NCBI GenBank assembly: GCA_016186145.1
Contig: JACPMF010000010.1
Location: 8,053-72,052, forward strand
DNA: 64,000 nt
Reading direction: 5' to 3'
Origin: Candidatus Sungiibacteriota bacterium
Lineage (GTDB): Bacteria > Patescibacteriota > Minisyncoccia > Sungbacterales > SURF-37
Shown piece after piece: positions 9,390 through 18,398 of this stretch. How positions within the stretch are numbered: position 1 is the stretch's first letter; every line of letters begins with the position of its first letter. The notes below the pieces were generated by a model, which was given only the letters and a program-made list of their open reading frames with translations, ran no database searches and was not told the DNA's origin. A program made the position numbers and the translations under genes.

Positions 9390-10442
9390 ATGCTATACAA
9401 TCCACATACTTATACGGTGGAAAGCGTCACTTCGGGACACCCCGACAAAATCTGCGACCAAATTTCAGACGCAATTTTGGACGAATGCCTCCGCCGGGAC
9501 CCAAAAAGCCGCGTTGCAGTAGAATGCTTCGGCGGCCACGGCGCTCTTGTTATCGGAGGCGAAGTGACGACATCGGCGCGTGTTGATTACGCCGACATCG
9601 CAAGAGAAATCTACGAGAACATCGGCCACACGAAAAACCTTAAAATAATCACGAACGTCGTTACTCAATCTCCGGATATTGCCCAAGGAGTTAACACCGG
9701 CGGCGCCGGAGACCAAGGTATTATGTACGGCTTTGCAACAGACGAGACGCCGGAATTTATGCCGTTTGCCGTCGTAAAGGCACATGCATTGGCCCAAGGA
9801 TTAGAGGCTCTCCGGAGAAACAATTCTCTGTTTTCATGGCTCAGCCCTGATGGAAAAACGCAGGTTACCATTAAAAACAGCAAGGTTAAAACAATACTTA
9901 TTTCCTGCCAACACGATGAAAACATCGAACAGGAGGAAATAAAACGGCTTTTGAAAGAACACCTTGTGGAACCGGTTATTGGAGATATTTCCAGCATTGA
10001 GATATTGGTAAATCCAACTGGTAAATTTACTGTCGGAGGATTTGACGCCGATACCGGACTTACCGGCAGAAAAATTATGGTGGATACATACGGCGGCCTC
10101 ATTCCCCATGGCGGCGGATGTTTTTCCGGAAAAGACCCGACGAAAGTCGACCGCTCGGCGGCGTACATGGCCCGCTTTGCGGCAAAAAATATTGTTGCAT
10201 CAGGAATAGCTAAAAAGTGCCTCGTATCAGTTGCATATGCCATCGGGCGGGCCGAACCGCTTATGGTAGAAATGATCAATGAAAAAGGAGAAAGCATTGC
10301 CGGAGCAATAAAAAACAACTTCGATTTCCGGCCCACGGCAATTATCGAACGCCTCAACCTCCAAGAACCAATTTACCTCTCTACTGCCGCATATGGCCAT
10401 TTTGGGAAAGAGGGCTTGCCTTGGGAAAAAGTTCTATATTGA
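9390..10442 (+). CDS. metK: S-adenosylmethionine synthetase
   Basis: ESVTSGHPDKICDQISD, GAGDQG, GLTGRKIMVDTYGG, GKDPTKVDRS. Confidence 0.98.
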   Translation: MLYNPHTYTVESVTSGHPDKICDQISDAILDECLRRDPKSRVAVECFGGHGALVIGGEVTTSARVDYADIAREIYENIGHTKNLKIITNVVTQSPDIAQGVNTGGAGDQGIMYGFATDETPEFMPFAVVKAHALAQGLEALRRNNSLFSWLSPDGKTQVTIKNSKVKTILISCQHDENIEQEEIKRLLKEHLVEPVIGDISSIEILVNPTGKFTVGGFDADTGLTGRKIMVDTYGGLIPHGGGCFSGKDPTKVDRSAAYMARFAAKNIVASGIAKKCLVSVAYAIGRAEPLMVEMINEKGESIAGAIKNNFDFRPTAIIERLNLQEPIYLSTAAYGHFGKEGLPWEKVLY

Positions 10443-10516
10443 CAACTGTTGGAAAGCAGCGATACCATAATCCAGTATGCTCTTTTGTATTTTAATGCGG
10501 ACAGAAGGAGGAAACG

Positions 10517-10969
10517 GTGAACGCGGATATCTATACGACAGAACTCGATCTGGAAGAGACCAAAAAAGCTGAAACCTTTGAAGAACTACTCGCGGTTGCA
10601 TTGAGAATAATCAACCGACTCAGCTATCCTATCGGAATGGTCTGCGGGCCGATTACCAGCGGCGGAACCGGCTCCCAGGAAGAAAATGTAGCAAAGCTTG
10701 CTCGAGCAATACGGGCCCTTCGCGAAGAACAGGGAGAAATTATTTTCAACCAGCTTGTGTTTGAAGCGGCAATGATGCGCATTAAAGAAACCCCCTACTA
10801 CCGCGACGCGCTCCATCTCCTCGAAGCTTTTTATCGGCCGCTCTTTGAACACGGAAAAATCAAAACCTTCTACTTTGTGACAGGATGGAAAAGTTCTTTT
10901 GGGACAAACTGGGAGCACGAGGAAGCCGTACGGCTCGGAATAAAAATCGTTTATCTGCCAGAGATATAA
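10517..10969 (+). CDS. Hypothetical protein, possibly nucleoside-deoxyribosyltransferase-like fold (DUF1937/DUF4406-like)
   Basis: AGGAGG SD + GTG; VCGPIT, GWKSSFGTNWEHEEA..LG. Confidence 0.7.
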   Translation: MNADIYTTELDLEETKKAETFEELLAVALRIINRLSYPIGMVCGPITSGGTGSQEENVAKLARAIRALREEQGEIIFNQLVFEAAMMRIKETPYYRDALHLLEAFYRPLFEHGKIKTFYFVTGWKSSFGTNWEHEEAVRLGIKIVYLPEI

Positions 10970-11066
10970 TCAGCAGCCGACAAAAATAGCACCCCCAACA
11001 GGGGCTTTTTTAGTATAAATGATTGTGGAGCTCCGCGTCAGAAAGCTAATACAATATCTCCACTTC

Positions 11067-11239
11067 ACCCAGCACATAAATTTACATACGGTTATAAAGC
11101 GATGAGATGGTTTAGCTGCCAAACTTTGTTTTTAGGCAAAACATCGACTGTAAATTTATGTGCTGGGTTATTGTTTGTAGCTCCATTCATCCGAGCGCTC
11201 AACGCATTGAGCGCTCGGTATTCTGGAGACAAACAATAA
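11067..11239. mobile_element. Composite palindromic element copy B
   Basis: Same TIRs and 102-bp length as 8871-8972; same downstream bulged hairpin. Confidence 0.75.
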
Positions 11240-11284
11240 CTTATGCTATAGAAGAACTAGGAATTAAAGAATCGCCTTTTAATT

Positions 11285-12433
11285 ATGATCGAATTTACCA
11301 TTCTCAAAACATCGAAACGAAGCCGAGCCAGAATCGGCGTTTTAAAGACGCCGCACGGCGAAATTGAAACCCCGTCGCTTGTCCCGGTCGCAACACAAGC
11401 AACGGTGAAAACGCTTACCGGCGAGGAATTACTGCAAACGAAAACTCAGATTCTCATTGCAAACACATTTCATCTCCATACCCGGCCGGGCGAAAACATT
11501 GTCCGATCAGCCGGCGGTCTTCATCGTTTTATGAGCTGGAAACGCCCTCTCATGACCGACTCGGGCGGTTTCCAGGTATTCAGCTTGGGGTTCGGGCATG
11601 ACCTGAATGTCGGAAAAATCCTCAAATATTTCCCGGGGAGAGATACCGAAACCATTATCAACAAAGGCGCGCGGCCAAGCAGGTTGAATATCACCGAAGA
11701 AGGGGTTTATTTCCTTGCGCCGGCAAGCGGTCATAAACTATTTTTAGGGCCAAAAGAATCAATAGCCATACAGGAAAAATTGGGGGCTGATATAATTTTT
11801 ACTTTTGATGAGTGCACCGCACCCCTCATAAGCGTTGAATACGCAAAATCCGCAGTCGGAAGAACCCATCGTTGGGCAAAACTATGCCAAACGGCCCTGA
11901 AAGGAAACCAGGCCCTTTTCGGAATAGTTCAGGGCTCGCGATTCAAAGAGCTGCGGGAAAAAAGCGCAAAATTCATAAACTCTCTTGACTTTCCGGGGTT
12001 CGGAATAGGCGGAGACCTTGGCCACGACAAAGCCATGACGAAAAAAATTCTTTCATGGACGCTTCCCCTCCTCCACCCTCGAAAACCGCGCCACCTTCTT
12101 GGTATCGGCTATCTTGAAGATATTCCGGAAATCATCAAAAGCGGCATCGATCTTTTTGACTGCACCGTTCCAACCCATTATGCGCGGCGCGGAATCGCAT
12201 TTACGAGTGACGGCCGGCTGAATCTTCTACACAGCACCTTCCTAAAAGATAAAAAACCGCTCGACCCGAAATGCCCGTGCCAAACATGCCGGGGATACCG
12301 AAGAAACTATATTTCTCACCTTATTCGCGCAAGAGAAATCACGGCCTCCTGCCTCCTGACGCTCCACAATCTTTACTTTTTCAATAATTTTGTTGAAGGG
12401 CTTCGTGAGAAAATTAAAAAGGGCAATTTGTAA
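11285..12433 (+). CDS. tgt: tRNA-guanine transglycosylase
   Basis: TDSGGFQVFSL, DEC, GIVQG, RHLLGIG, CxCxxC zinc site, LHNL. Confidence 0.97.
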   Translation: MIEFTILKTSKRSRARIGVLKTPHGEIETPSLVPVATQATVKTLTGEELLQTKTQILIANTFHLHTRPGENIVRSAGGLHRFMSWKRPLMTDSGGFQVFSLGFGHDLNVGKILKYFPGRDTETIINKGARPSRLNITEEGVYFLAPASGHKLFLGPKESIAIQEKLGADIIFTFDECTAPLISVEYAKSAVGRTHRWAKLCQTALKGNQALFGIVQGSRFKELREKSAKFINSLDFPGFGIGGDLGHDKAMTKKILSWTLPLLHPRKPRHLLGIGYLEDIPEIIKSGIDLFDCTVPTHYARRGIAFTSDGRLNLLHSTFLKDKKPLDPKCPCQTCRGYRRNYISHLIRAREITASCLLTLHNLYFFNNFVEGLREKIKKGNL

Positions 12434-12483
12434 ATCCGTTGAGGCGCAAAGAGCGCAAGAATACAATCACTAAATTACTTAGT

Positions 12484-13725
12484 ATGCGGGTATCAAAAAA
12501 AATTACAGTGCTGGTCATAGTTATTTCAGCAGCAGTACTTCTTATTTGGCTTTGGCCGAAAGCAATTTTTTATTGGAAGAGTTTCCGCGGGGCTAAAGTA
12601 TTCTTTGAAAAGCCGCCTGCCGATATCACAGAGGTTATCAACACAACCGGCATGCCGCTTACCTTACCATCCGGTTTTGCCGTATCAATTTTTGCGAAAG
12701 AGCTTGTACGGCCGCGCGTTATCATCCAAGACCCCGCGGGGAATTTGGTCGTAAGCATACCGTCTGAAGGACGAGTTGTTGTACTCCCCGATTCGAATCG
12801 AGACGGCGTTGCCGATAAAACCGAAACCATTATCAACAAACTAAACCTCCCCCACGGCCTCGCATTACTTTGCGAAGAAAAATGTTTTCTTTACGTTGCC
12901 GAATCCCATCAAATCAGCATCTACCGCTATGACGAAAAAACCTTGACCGCGGCTTTCATACGGAAAATAGCCGACCTGCCTGACGGCGGAAATCACTACA
13001 CAAGAACCATCGGGTTTGGGCCGGATGGAAGGCTTTATGTATCCATCGGCTCCTCCTGCAATGTGTGCCATGAAAAAGACCCCCGCCGGGCCAAAATCTT
13101 TTCAATGCAAAAAGACGGCAGTGATTTTCGCGAATTTGCGAAAGGACTAAGAAATTCCGTTTTCTTCACATGGCATCCGATTGACGGCCGGATGTGGGCG
13201 ACGGAAATGGGACGCGACCTTCTCGGTGACGACCTGCCGCCGGATGAAATAAATATAATTGAAACAAGCGGCTCTTCGACCAGGATTGAGGCAAGAAATT
13301 ACGGCTGGCCCGTATGCTACGGCAAGAACATTCACGATACGGATTTTGACGACAACGTGTACATCCGCAATCCATGCCAAGAGCCCTTTGAAACGCCAAG
13401 CGCCATTGACATTCCGGCGCATTCAGCACCACTTGGTCTTGCCTTTGTACCCAAACAGGGTTGGCCGGAAGAATATTGGAATAATCTTCTTGTTGCACAC
13501 CATGGCTCATGGAACCGCTCCGCGCCTACCGGCTATAAAATTGTACGATATATTTTTGACGAAAGCGGCGATTATTTAGGCGAGAAAAATTTTATCAGCG
13601 GCTGGCTAACCCGGGAAGGCGTTATTGGCAGACCGGTAGGCATATTCATTGACTCAAACGGCATTTTGTATCTATCAGACGATAAGGCAGGTGTTATTTA
13701 TCGAATTATTTACCGTGGAGAATAA
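12484..13725 (+). CDS. PQQ-dependent sugar/sorbosone dehydrogenase family
   Basis: GPDGRLYVSIGSSCNVC, GLRNSV, RDLLGDDLPPDE, HSAPLGL, HGSWNR. Confidence 0.92.
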   Translation: MRVSKKITVLVIVISAAVLLIWLWPKAIFYWKSFRGAKVFFEKPPADITEVINTTGMPLTLPSGFAVSIFAKELVRPRVIIQDPAGNLVVSIPSEGRVVVLPDSNRDGVADKTETIINKLNLPHGLALLCEEKCFLYVAESHQISIYRYDEKTLTAAFIRKIADLPDGGNHYTRTIGFGPDGRLYVSIGSSCNVCHEKDPRRAKIFSMQKDGSDFREFAKGLRNSVFFTWHPIDGRMWATEMGRDLLGDDLPPDEINIIETSGSSTRIEARNYGWPVCYGKNIHDTDFDDNVYIRNPCQEPFETPSAIDIPAHSAPLGLAFVPKQGWPEEYWNNLLVAHHGSWNRSAPTGYKIVRYIFDESGDYLGEKNFISGWLTREGVIGRPVGIFIDSNGILYLSDDKAGVIYRIIYRGE

Positions 13726-13805
13726 CGGCCGTTGACTTTTTTAAAAAAAACTGCAACGCTTCTAAAAAAGAAGCTTCTTGAAAACAAAGTTTTAAGGAGG
13801 GCACG

Positions 13806-14720
13806 ATGCTTAAAGAAGCTGCCGCCCGCATGCTCGGTTTTGCAACGGCGAACATCCTCCCAAAACAATTGGTTTGGTTTTTTGCGCGACGATTTATCGC
13901 CGGAACAGATATGAAATCTGCCATTGAGTACGCAAAAACGTTGAACAATCAGGAATTTTCAGTATCGATTGACTGTATCGGCGAGGAAAGAAATGACGCT
14001 GCTACTGTTCTTTGGGCTAAAAACGAATACCTTGCGCTTCTCGGCGCAATGCAAAAACACGCCATATATGGCGATATCTCACTTAAATTAAGCCACTTCG
14101 GACTTCTGCAAAAAGACGTCCCGCAAGCTGTACGCGGTTTGGGCTTAAGCGCTTTTCAATCAATAGTAAACAAGGCGGCAAAACATCAAACTCGGGTCTG
14201 GATAGACGCCGAACGCCTTGATTGGCGTAGCAGCACATGGCAGCTAATTCGACTTTTATTCCCACCGCAATCCTATCGTTGGATTGGGTTATGTATCCAA
14301 GCTTACGCAAAAGATTCTCTTGATTTTCTAAAAAGAGAAATCGAAATAGGGGGATATTGCGGCTACGATTCAATTTCAGTTCGCGTTTGTAAAGGCGCGT
14401 ATCGGGAACCGGGGCATCAACTTTACGCTTCCAAAGAACTTGAAGAAAACTTTCTTAAACTCTGCCGCCTTGTACTTGACAATGGTCTTTATCTGCAAGT
14501 AGCTACTAATGACGATGGGCTTGCTGAAAGGGTCAGCGGTTTTGGCCCGCGCGAATACGCTATGCTGCTTGGCGCAAATCCTGAAGGAGCACGCTGGCGG
14601 TTAGCAGACCACAACAATGTTAAAATCTATATGCCTTACGGCGCGGACTTCAAATCTTATGTGGCACGAAGAATTGCTGAACGGCCCGAATATATTTTTC
14701 TCCCGTTCAAAACCAACTAA
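13806..14720 (+). CDS. Monofunctional proline dehydrogenase family protein (divergent)
   Basis: RRFIAG, SLKLSHFG, IDAE, QAY, RVCKGAY, YMPYG, YVARRIAERP. Confidence 0.85.
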   Translation: MLKEAAARMLGFATANILPKQLVWFFARRFIAGTDMKSAIEYAKTLNNQEFSVSIDCIGEERNDAATVLWAKNEYLALLGAMQKHAIYGDISLKLSHFGLLQKDVPQAVRGLGLSAFQSIVNKAAKHQTRVWIDAERLDWRSSTWQLIRLLFPPQSYRWIGLCIQAYAKDSLDFLKREIEIGGYCGYDSISVRVCKGAYREPGHQLYASKELEENFLKLCRLVLDNGLYLQVATNDDGLAERVSGFGPREYAMLLGANPEGARWRLADHNNVKIYMPYGADFKSYVARRIAERPEYIFLPFKTN

Positions 14721-14742
14721 GGGGCCTTTAAAGGCCCTTTTT
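14720..14742 (+). terminator. Intrinsic terminator
   Basis: aggggcctttaaaggcccttttt. Confidence 0.7.
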
Positions 14743-14782
14743 ACATTTACTTTCAAAATTCAAGAAATATGGTATCATTTCA

Positions 14783-15253
14783 GTGGTTATGCAACTTAAA
14801 CGCAACAAGCATCTACATTCCAAAGAGCATTTGCTTGCCGATGATTTGTCGCGCGCAATGCTCGAAGAGAAAAAATTCGCGGCGTACCTTGGCATCGCAA
14901 GACTCTACCACGAGCCGGATCTCCGCCGGCTCATGCGTTACGTTCTCGAGAAACCAGGACTCCCCCGAGAAGCCCGAGGCAAATACTTTTTTGCATCGCT
15001 CAAAGGGCTTCCAAAAAAGCCTTCTAAGCATACATCAGATAATGAATTTGATGAATTGGATCAAAAGATTTTAGATAGTTTCAAAGAAATTAATCCGAAG
15101 GAGGATTTGGTTGATAAAAAAAAATTACCTCGGGGAAGTTGGTTCGTAAAATCCGGAAAGGAAAAAAATTCTCCAAATAAACAAAAAAAGCAAAATATCA
15201 TAAATGAAAAACGCAACGGCAACCATTTTAAACATAGTAAAAGAACCGGATAA
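14783..15253 (+). CDS. Hypothetical protein
   Basis: 156-aa basic ORF overlapping the def start. Confidence 0.65.
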   Translation: MVMQLKRNKHLHSKEHLLADDLSRAMLEEKKFAAYLGIARLYHEPDLRRLMRYVLEKPGLPREARGKYFFASLKGLPKKPSKHTSDNEFDELDQKILDSFKEINPKEDLVDKKKLPRGSWFVKSGKEKNSPNKQKKQNIINEKRNGNHFKHSKRTG

Positions 15254-15806
15254 AATTCTCCGCGGCATAGCAAAAGAGATACCGACCGACTCAATCCCTA
15301 CCGCTCCTATACAGCGCCTGATAGACCACATGAAAGATACGCTTGCGGCAACCCCGGACGGCGTCGGGCTTGCCGCCCCGCAAATAGGAAAACCGCTGCA
15401 GATTTTCATCGTGTCGGAGGAAGCCGAAAATATCGACAGAATGGAAAAAATGCTTATTGAAAAAAAGAATGAGCCGCTCTCGCCAGAAGCCGAGTTGCCC
15501 CAAAAAGAACGCTGGAACTACTATGTTTTCATAAACCCAGCCGTCAAAAATGTTTCGAAACGGAAACTTGGACGCTCCGAGGGGTGCCTGTCCGTTCCCG
15601 GAAAATTCGGCGAGGTTCGCCGCCATGAAAAAATAACCGTTGAGGCGTACGACGAAAACGGGAAAAAATTCACCCGGGGTGCCGCCCGTTTTTTTGCGCG
15701 CGTGCTGCAACACGAACTCGACCACTTGCAAGGAACACTTTTTATCGACAAAGCGGAGAAAATATTTAAATCAGACAATAACGGGAAAAAAGAAAGCCGC
15801 GATTAA
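15204..15806 (+). CDS. def: Peptide deformylase
   Basis: GVGLAAPQIG, EGCLSVP, QHELDHL. Confidence 0.97.
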   Translation: MKNATATILNIVKEPDKILRGIAKEIPTDSIPTAPIQRLIDHMKDTLAATPDGVGLAAPQIGKPLQIFIVSEEAENIDRMEKMLIEKKNEPLSPEAELPQKERWNYYVFINPAVKNVSKRKLGRSEGCLSVPGKFGEVRRHEKITVEAYDENGKKFTRGAARFFARVLQHELDHLQGTLFIDKAEKIFKSDNNGKKESRD

Positions 15807-16264
15807 CGCGGCGGCTTATTGACGACGGAGACATCAAGTTGTCTCGTTTGCTTAATCTCGCCCCTGGAAAAAACACCGAGTTCAAGCGTCCCAACGCCTT
15901 CCGGAAGACTAATCAAACTAACCCTCCACCGCACCCGTGCATCAGACAAGACATATGGCGTATTATCCGGCATAAGAAGGTAAGCGAAAGACCTCCCGCC
16001 TTCCCCTTGCCAATTTTGCCAAATTGTCAAATTGCTGCTTTTAATGAAGAAACGAGAGCAGGTGAGCCCTGTGGTCGGTTCCGCATAAAGCGTATACCAG
16101 AGATCTTGCGCGACAACCCGCACGTTGTTGGTAGAAGAAACAATCAGCGCATCCGTCCGCATTTCTTTCCACTTCGTACAGTCTGCAACCGGAGCCGCAT
16201 TAACGACATATGCAGTCCCGACGGTAGCAAAAACAAAAGCAAGAATAGCGATAATTCGCCTCAT
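15803..16264 (-). CDS. Secreted hypothetical protein
   Basis: AAGGAGG SD; signal peptide MRRIIAILAFVFA; lies antisense between def and fmt. Confidence 0.65.
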   Translation of the reverse strand: MRRIIAILAFVFATVGTAYVVNAAPVADCTKWKEMRTDALIVSSTNNVRVVAQDLWYTLYAEPTTGLTCSRFFIKSSNLTIWQNWQGEGGRSFAYLLMPDNTPYVLSDARVRWRVSLISLPEGVGTLELGVFSRGEIKQTRQLDVSVVNKPPR

Positions 16265-16339
16265 CAGCCGCCTCCTTCTCTTCAAAAAACGCATGCGCGT
16301 TTCGCATGCACCATCTATGGTTAGCAAAAAAGAACGCCC

Positions 16340-17356
16340 TTGTCAACACAAAAAACAAGCCCGAACGGCACAGAACAAAAAAACGGGGTAAAAATAATTT
16401 TCTGGGGTACGCCGGAATTCGCACTCCCCTCTTTAGAGGGACTTATTAAAAATAACTATCGGGTCATCGCCCTCATCACCAAACCGGACGAACCAATGGG
16501 AAGAGGGCAAAAAATAACGCCACCGCCGGCAAAAAAAACAGCTGAAAAATATGGAATTCGGGTTTTGCAACCAACAAAGCTCGATTTTGATTTCAAAACC
16601 GCCATTTCAAACTTCGAGCCGGATTTATTCGTTGTTGCCGCTTATGGAAAACTAATTCCTAAAGAGATACTGGATATCCCGAAATATGGAGCAATAAATA
16701 TCCACCCATCATTATTACCCCGCTATCGAGGCCCCTCCCCAATTCAACACACAATCCTCAATGGCGACAAAGAAACCGGCGCTACCCTGATACTCATGGA
16801 CGAGAAGATGGACCATGGGCCAATTGTCGCTTCGCGACAATTGGAAATCCGAAATCCGAAATCCGAAATCCTAAACTCCAAAATAACGTATCCTGAATTG
16901 CATAATAAACTAGCGATGCTTGGAGCAGAATTGCTTATTGAAACATTGCCGAGATGGCTTGCGGGAGAAATAAAACCCGCGCCACAGGACGAATCAAAAG
17001 CGGTCTACTGTAAAATGCTTAAAAAAGAAGACGGTAAAATTGACTGGACTAAACCGGCCGAAAACCTTGAGCGGCAAATCCGCGCCTTTCTGGAATGGCC
17101 GGGGAGTTATACTTTTTGGCAAAGGGGCAATAATCGGTTACGCTTAGAAATAGAAGCGGCAGAAGTTGCTAATCCAAAAATTCCCCCCTTTGATACGCCT
17201 GGGCTGGTATGGCAAAAAGACCAAACTTCTCTTTTAGTGGAGACGGGGAGAGGAAGTTTATGCGTAATCAAAGTTAAGCTCGCAGGGAAAAAAGCCGCTG
17301 ACGCGAAAGAATTTCTCAACGGTTATAAAGATATTATCGGAGCCATCTTAAGATAA
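16340..17356 (+). CDS. fmt: Methionyl-tRNA formyltransferase
   Basis: FWGTPEFA, VVAAYG, NIHPSLLPRYRGPSPIQ, MDHGPI. Confidence 0.97.
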   Translation: MSTQKTSPNGTEQKNGVKIIFWGTPEFALPSLEGLIKNNYRVIALITKPDEPMGRGQKITPPPAKKTAEKYGIRVLQPTKLDFDFKTAISNFEPDLFVVAAYGKLIPKEILDIPKYGAINIHPSLLPRYRGPSPIQHTILNGDKETGATLILMDEKMDHGPIVASRQLEIRNPKSEILNSKITYPELHNKLAMLGAELLIETLPRWLAGEIKPAPQDESKAVYCKMLKKEDGKIDWTKPAENLERQIRAFLEWPGSYTFWQRGNNRLRLEIEAAEVANPKIPPFDTPGLVWQKDQTSLLVETGRGSLCVIKVKLAGKKAADAKEFLNGYKDIIGAILR

Positions 17357-17366
17357 AACGAAGATA

Positions 17367-17447
17367 TTAGCTTCCTAGCTTTTTAGCTTTCTAGAGTGTT
17401 CAAGTTCGTGTAACTAAAAAACTAAAACCTAAGAAGCTAGAAGCTAA
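17367..17447. repeat. TAGCT/AGCTA imperfect inverted repeat
   Basis: ttagcttcctagctttttagc ... aagctagaagctaa. Confidence 0.7.
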
Positions 17448-17453
17448 CGCAAA

Positions 17454-18329
17454 ATGGACAGGCCACTTACATTCTTCATCATCGCCGGCATCGTGATCGT
17501 GCTTTTTCTGCATTATAGCGGCTCTTCATTTTTTCCCGGAGAAGGACCGCTTGCAACGGGCCCCGGCGGCGGGCTCAACGAACCGCCCTCTCCGCTTTCT
17601 TTTAACGGCAGCGCGTCCGGCGCACCAACAGGAACACAACCGTCAATGCCGGGACAATCCTTTTATAGAGACGAAGTAACAATCTCGCGGGCCTTTCCAT
17701 CACCCGCAGATCTTCGGAATGAGCAGCTGATTATCAAACGAAGCGGTTTTACCGCTTCCGAAAATGAAAAAAAACAGCCGATTTCCCTTGATGGCTGGAC
17801 GATTGAAAACAGAAAAGGAGACCGTATCCAAATACCAAGCGCATTTTATATTCCCAACAACAGTGTTTCCGCAACCCCCATCGAGCTAAGAGGGGGCGGA
17901 GAGATAATTGTTATAACCGGCGATACGACATTCGGATCATCATTCCAGGAAAACACTTGCACCGGGTATTTCAACGAATTTCATTCATTCATACCCCCAC
18001 TCTCGGAGGCGTGCCCCGAAATCGAGCGAAGCGAACTCCTCAAAACCGGCCTCAACAGCTCTTGCATCGACCTCATAGAGCGAACACCGCGCTGCCGACA
18101 AACCAAAATTGGTTTTGAAGAACAAGCCGCAGGGAATGCATGCATAGACTTTGTAAAACAACACCTCAACTATGCCGGCTGCCTGCGAGATAATCGGGAA
18201 AAACAGAACTTCTTCACGAACCGCTGGCGGGTTTTCCTGAAAAGAAAAGAACCGCTCTGGGATCCCCGACACGATAACATAATCTTGAGGGATAAGGCGG
18301 GATTAATAGTGAATGAGTACAGCTACTGA
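17454..18329 (+). CDS. Exported Cys-containing hypothetical protein (lamin-tail-like segments)
   Basis: N-terminal TM; ISLDGWTIEN, DNIILRDKAGLIV. Confidence 0.7.
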   Translation: MDRPLTFFIIAGIVIVLFLHYSGSSFFPGEGPLATGPGGGLNEPPSPLSFNGSASGAPTGTQPSMPGQSFYRDEVTISRAFPSPADLRNEQLIIKRSGFTASENEKKQPISLDGWTIENRKGDRIQIPSAFYIPNNSVSATPIELRGGGEIIVITGDTTFGSSFQENTCTGYFNEFHSFIPPLSEACPEIERSELLKTGLNSSCIDLIERTPRCRQTKIGFEEQAAGNACIDFVKQHLNYAGCLRDNREKQNFFTNRWRVFLKRKEPLWDPRHDNIILRDKAGLIVNEYSY

Positions 18330-18398
18330 GCAAGCCCGAACTCAAAAATTCAACCCTGTGTTTTTACCTTTACCTTGATTTAAAGGAATTAACTTTGT

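Noticed and set aside
8871-11239. Repeats with different interiors as a CRISPR array
   Set aside because: Repeats are inverted and dispersed, not tandem direct repeats with spacers; no cas genes. The nuclease at 49647-50348 has no CRISPR context.
11021-11284. preQ1 riboswitch upstream of tgt
   Set aside because: No preQ1 consensus seen; the region is explained by the composite palindromic element.
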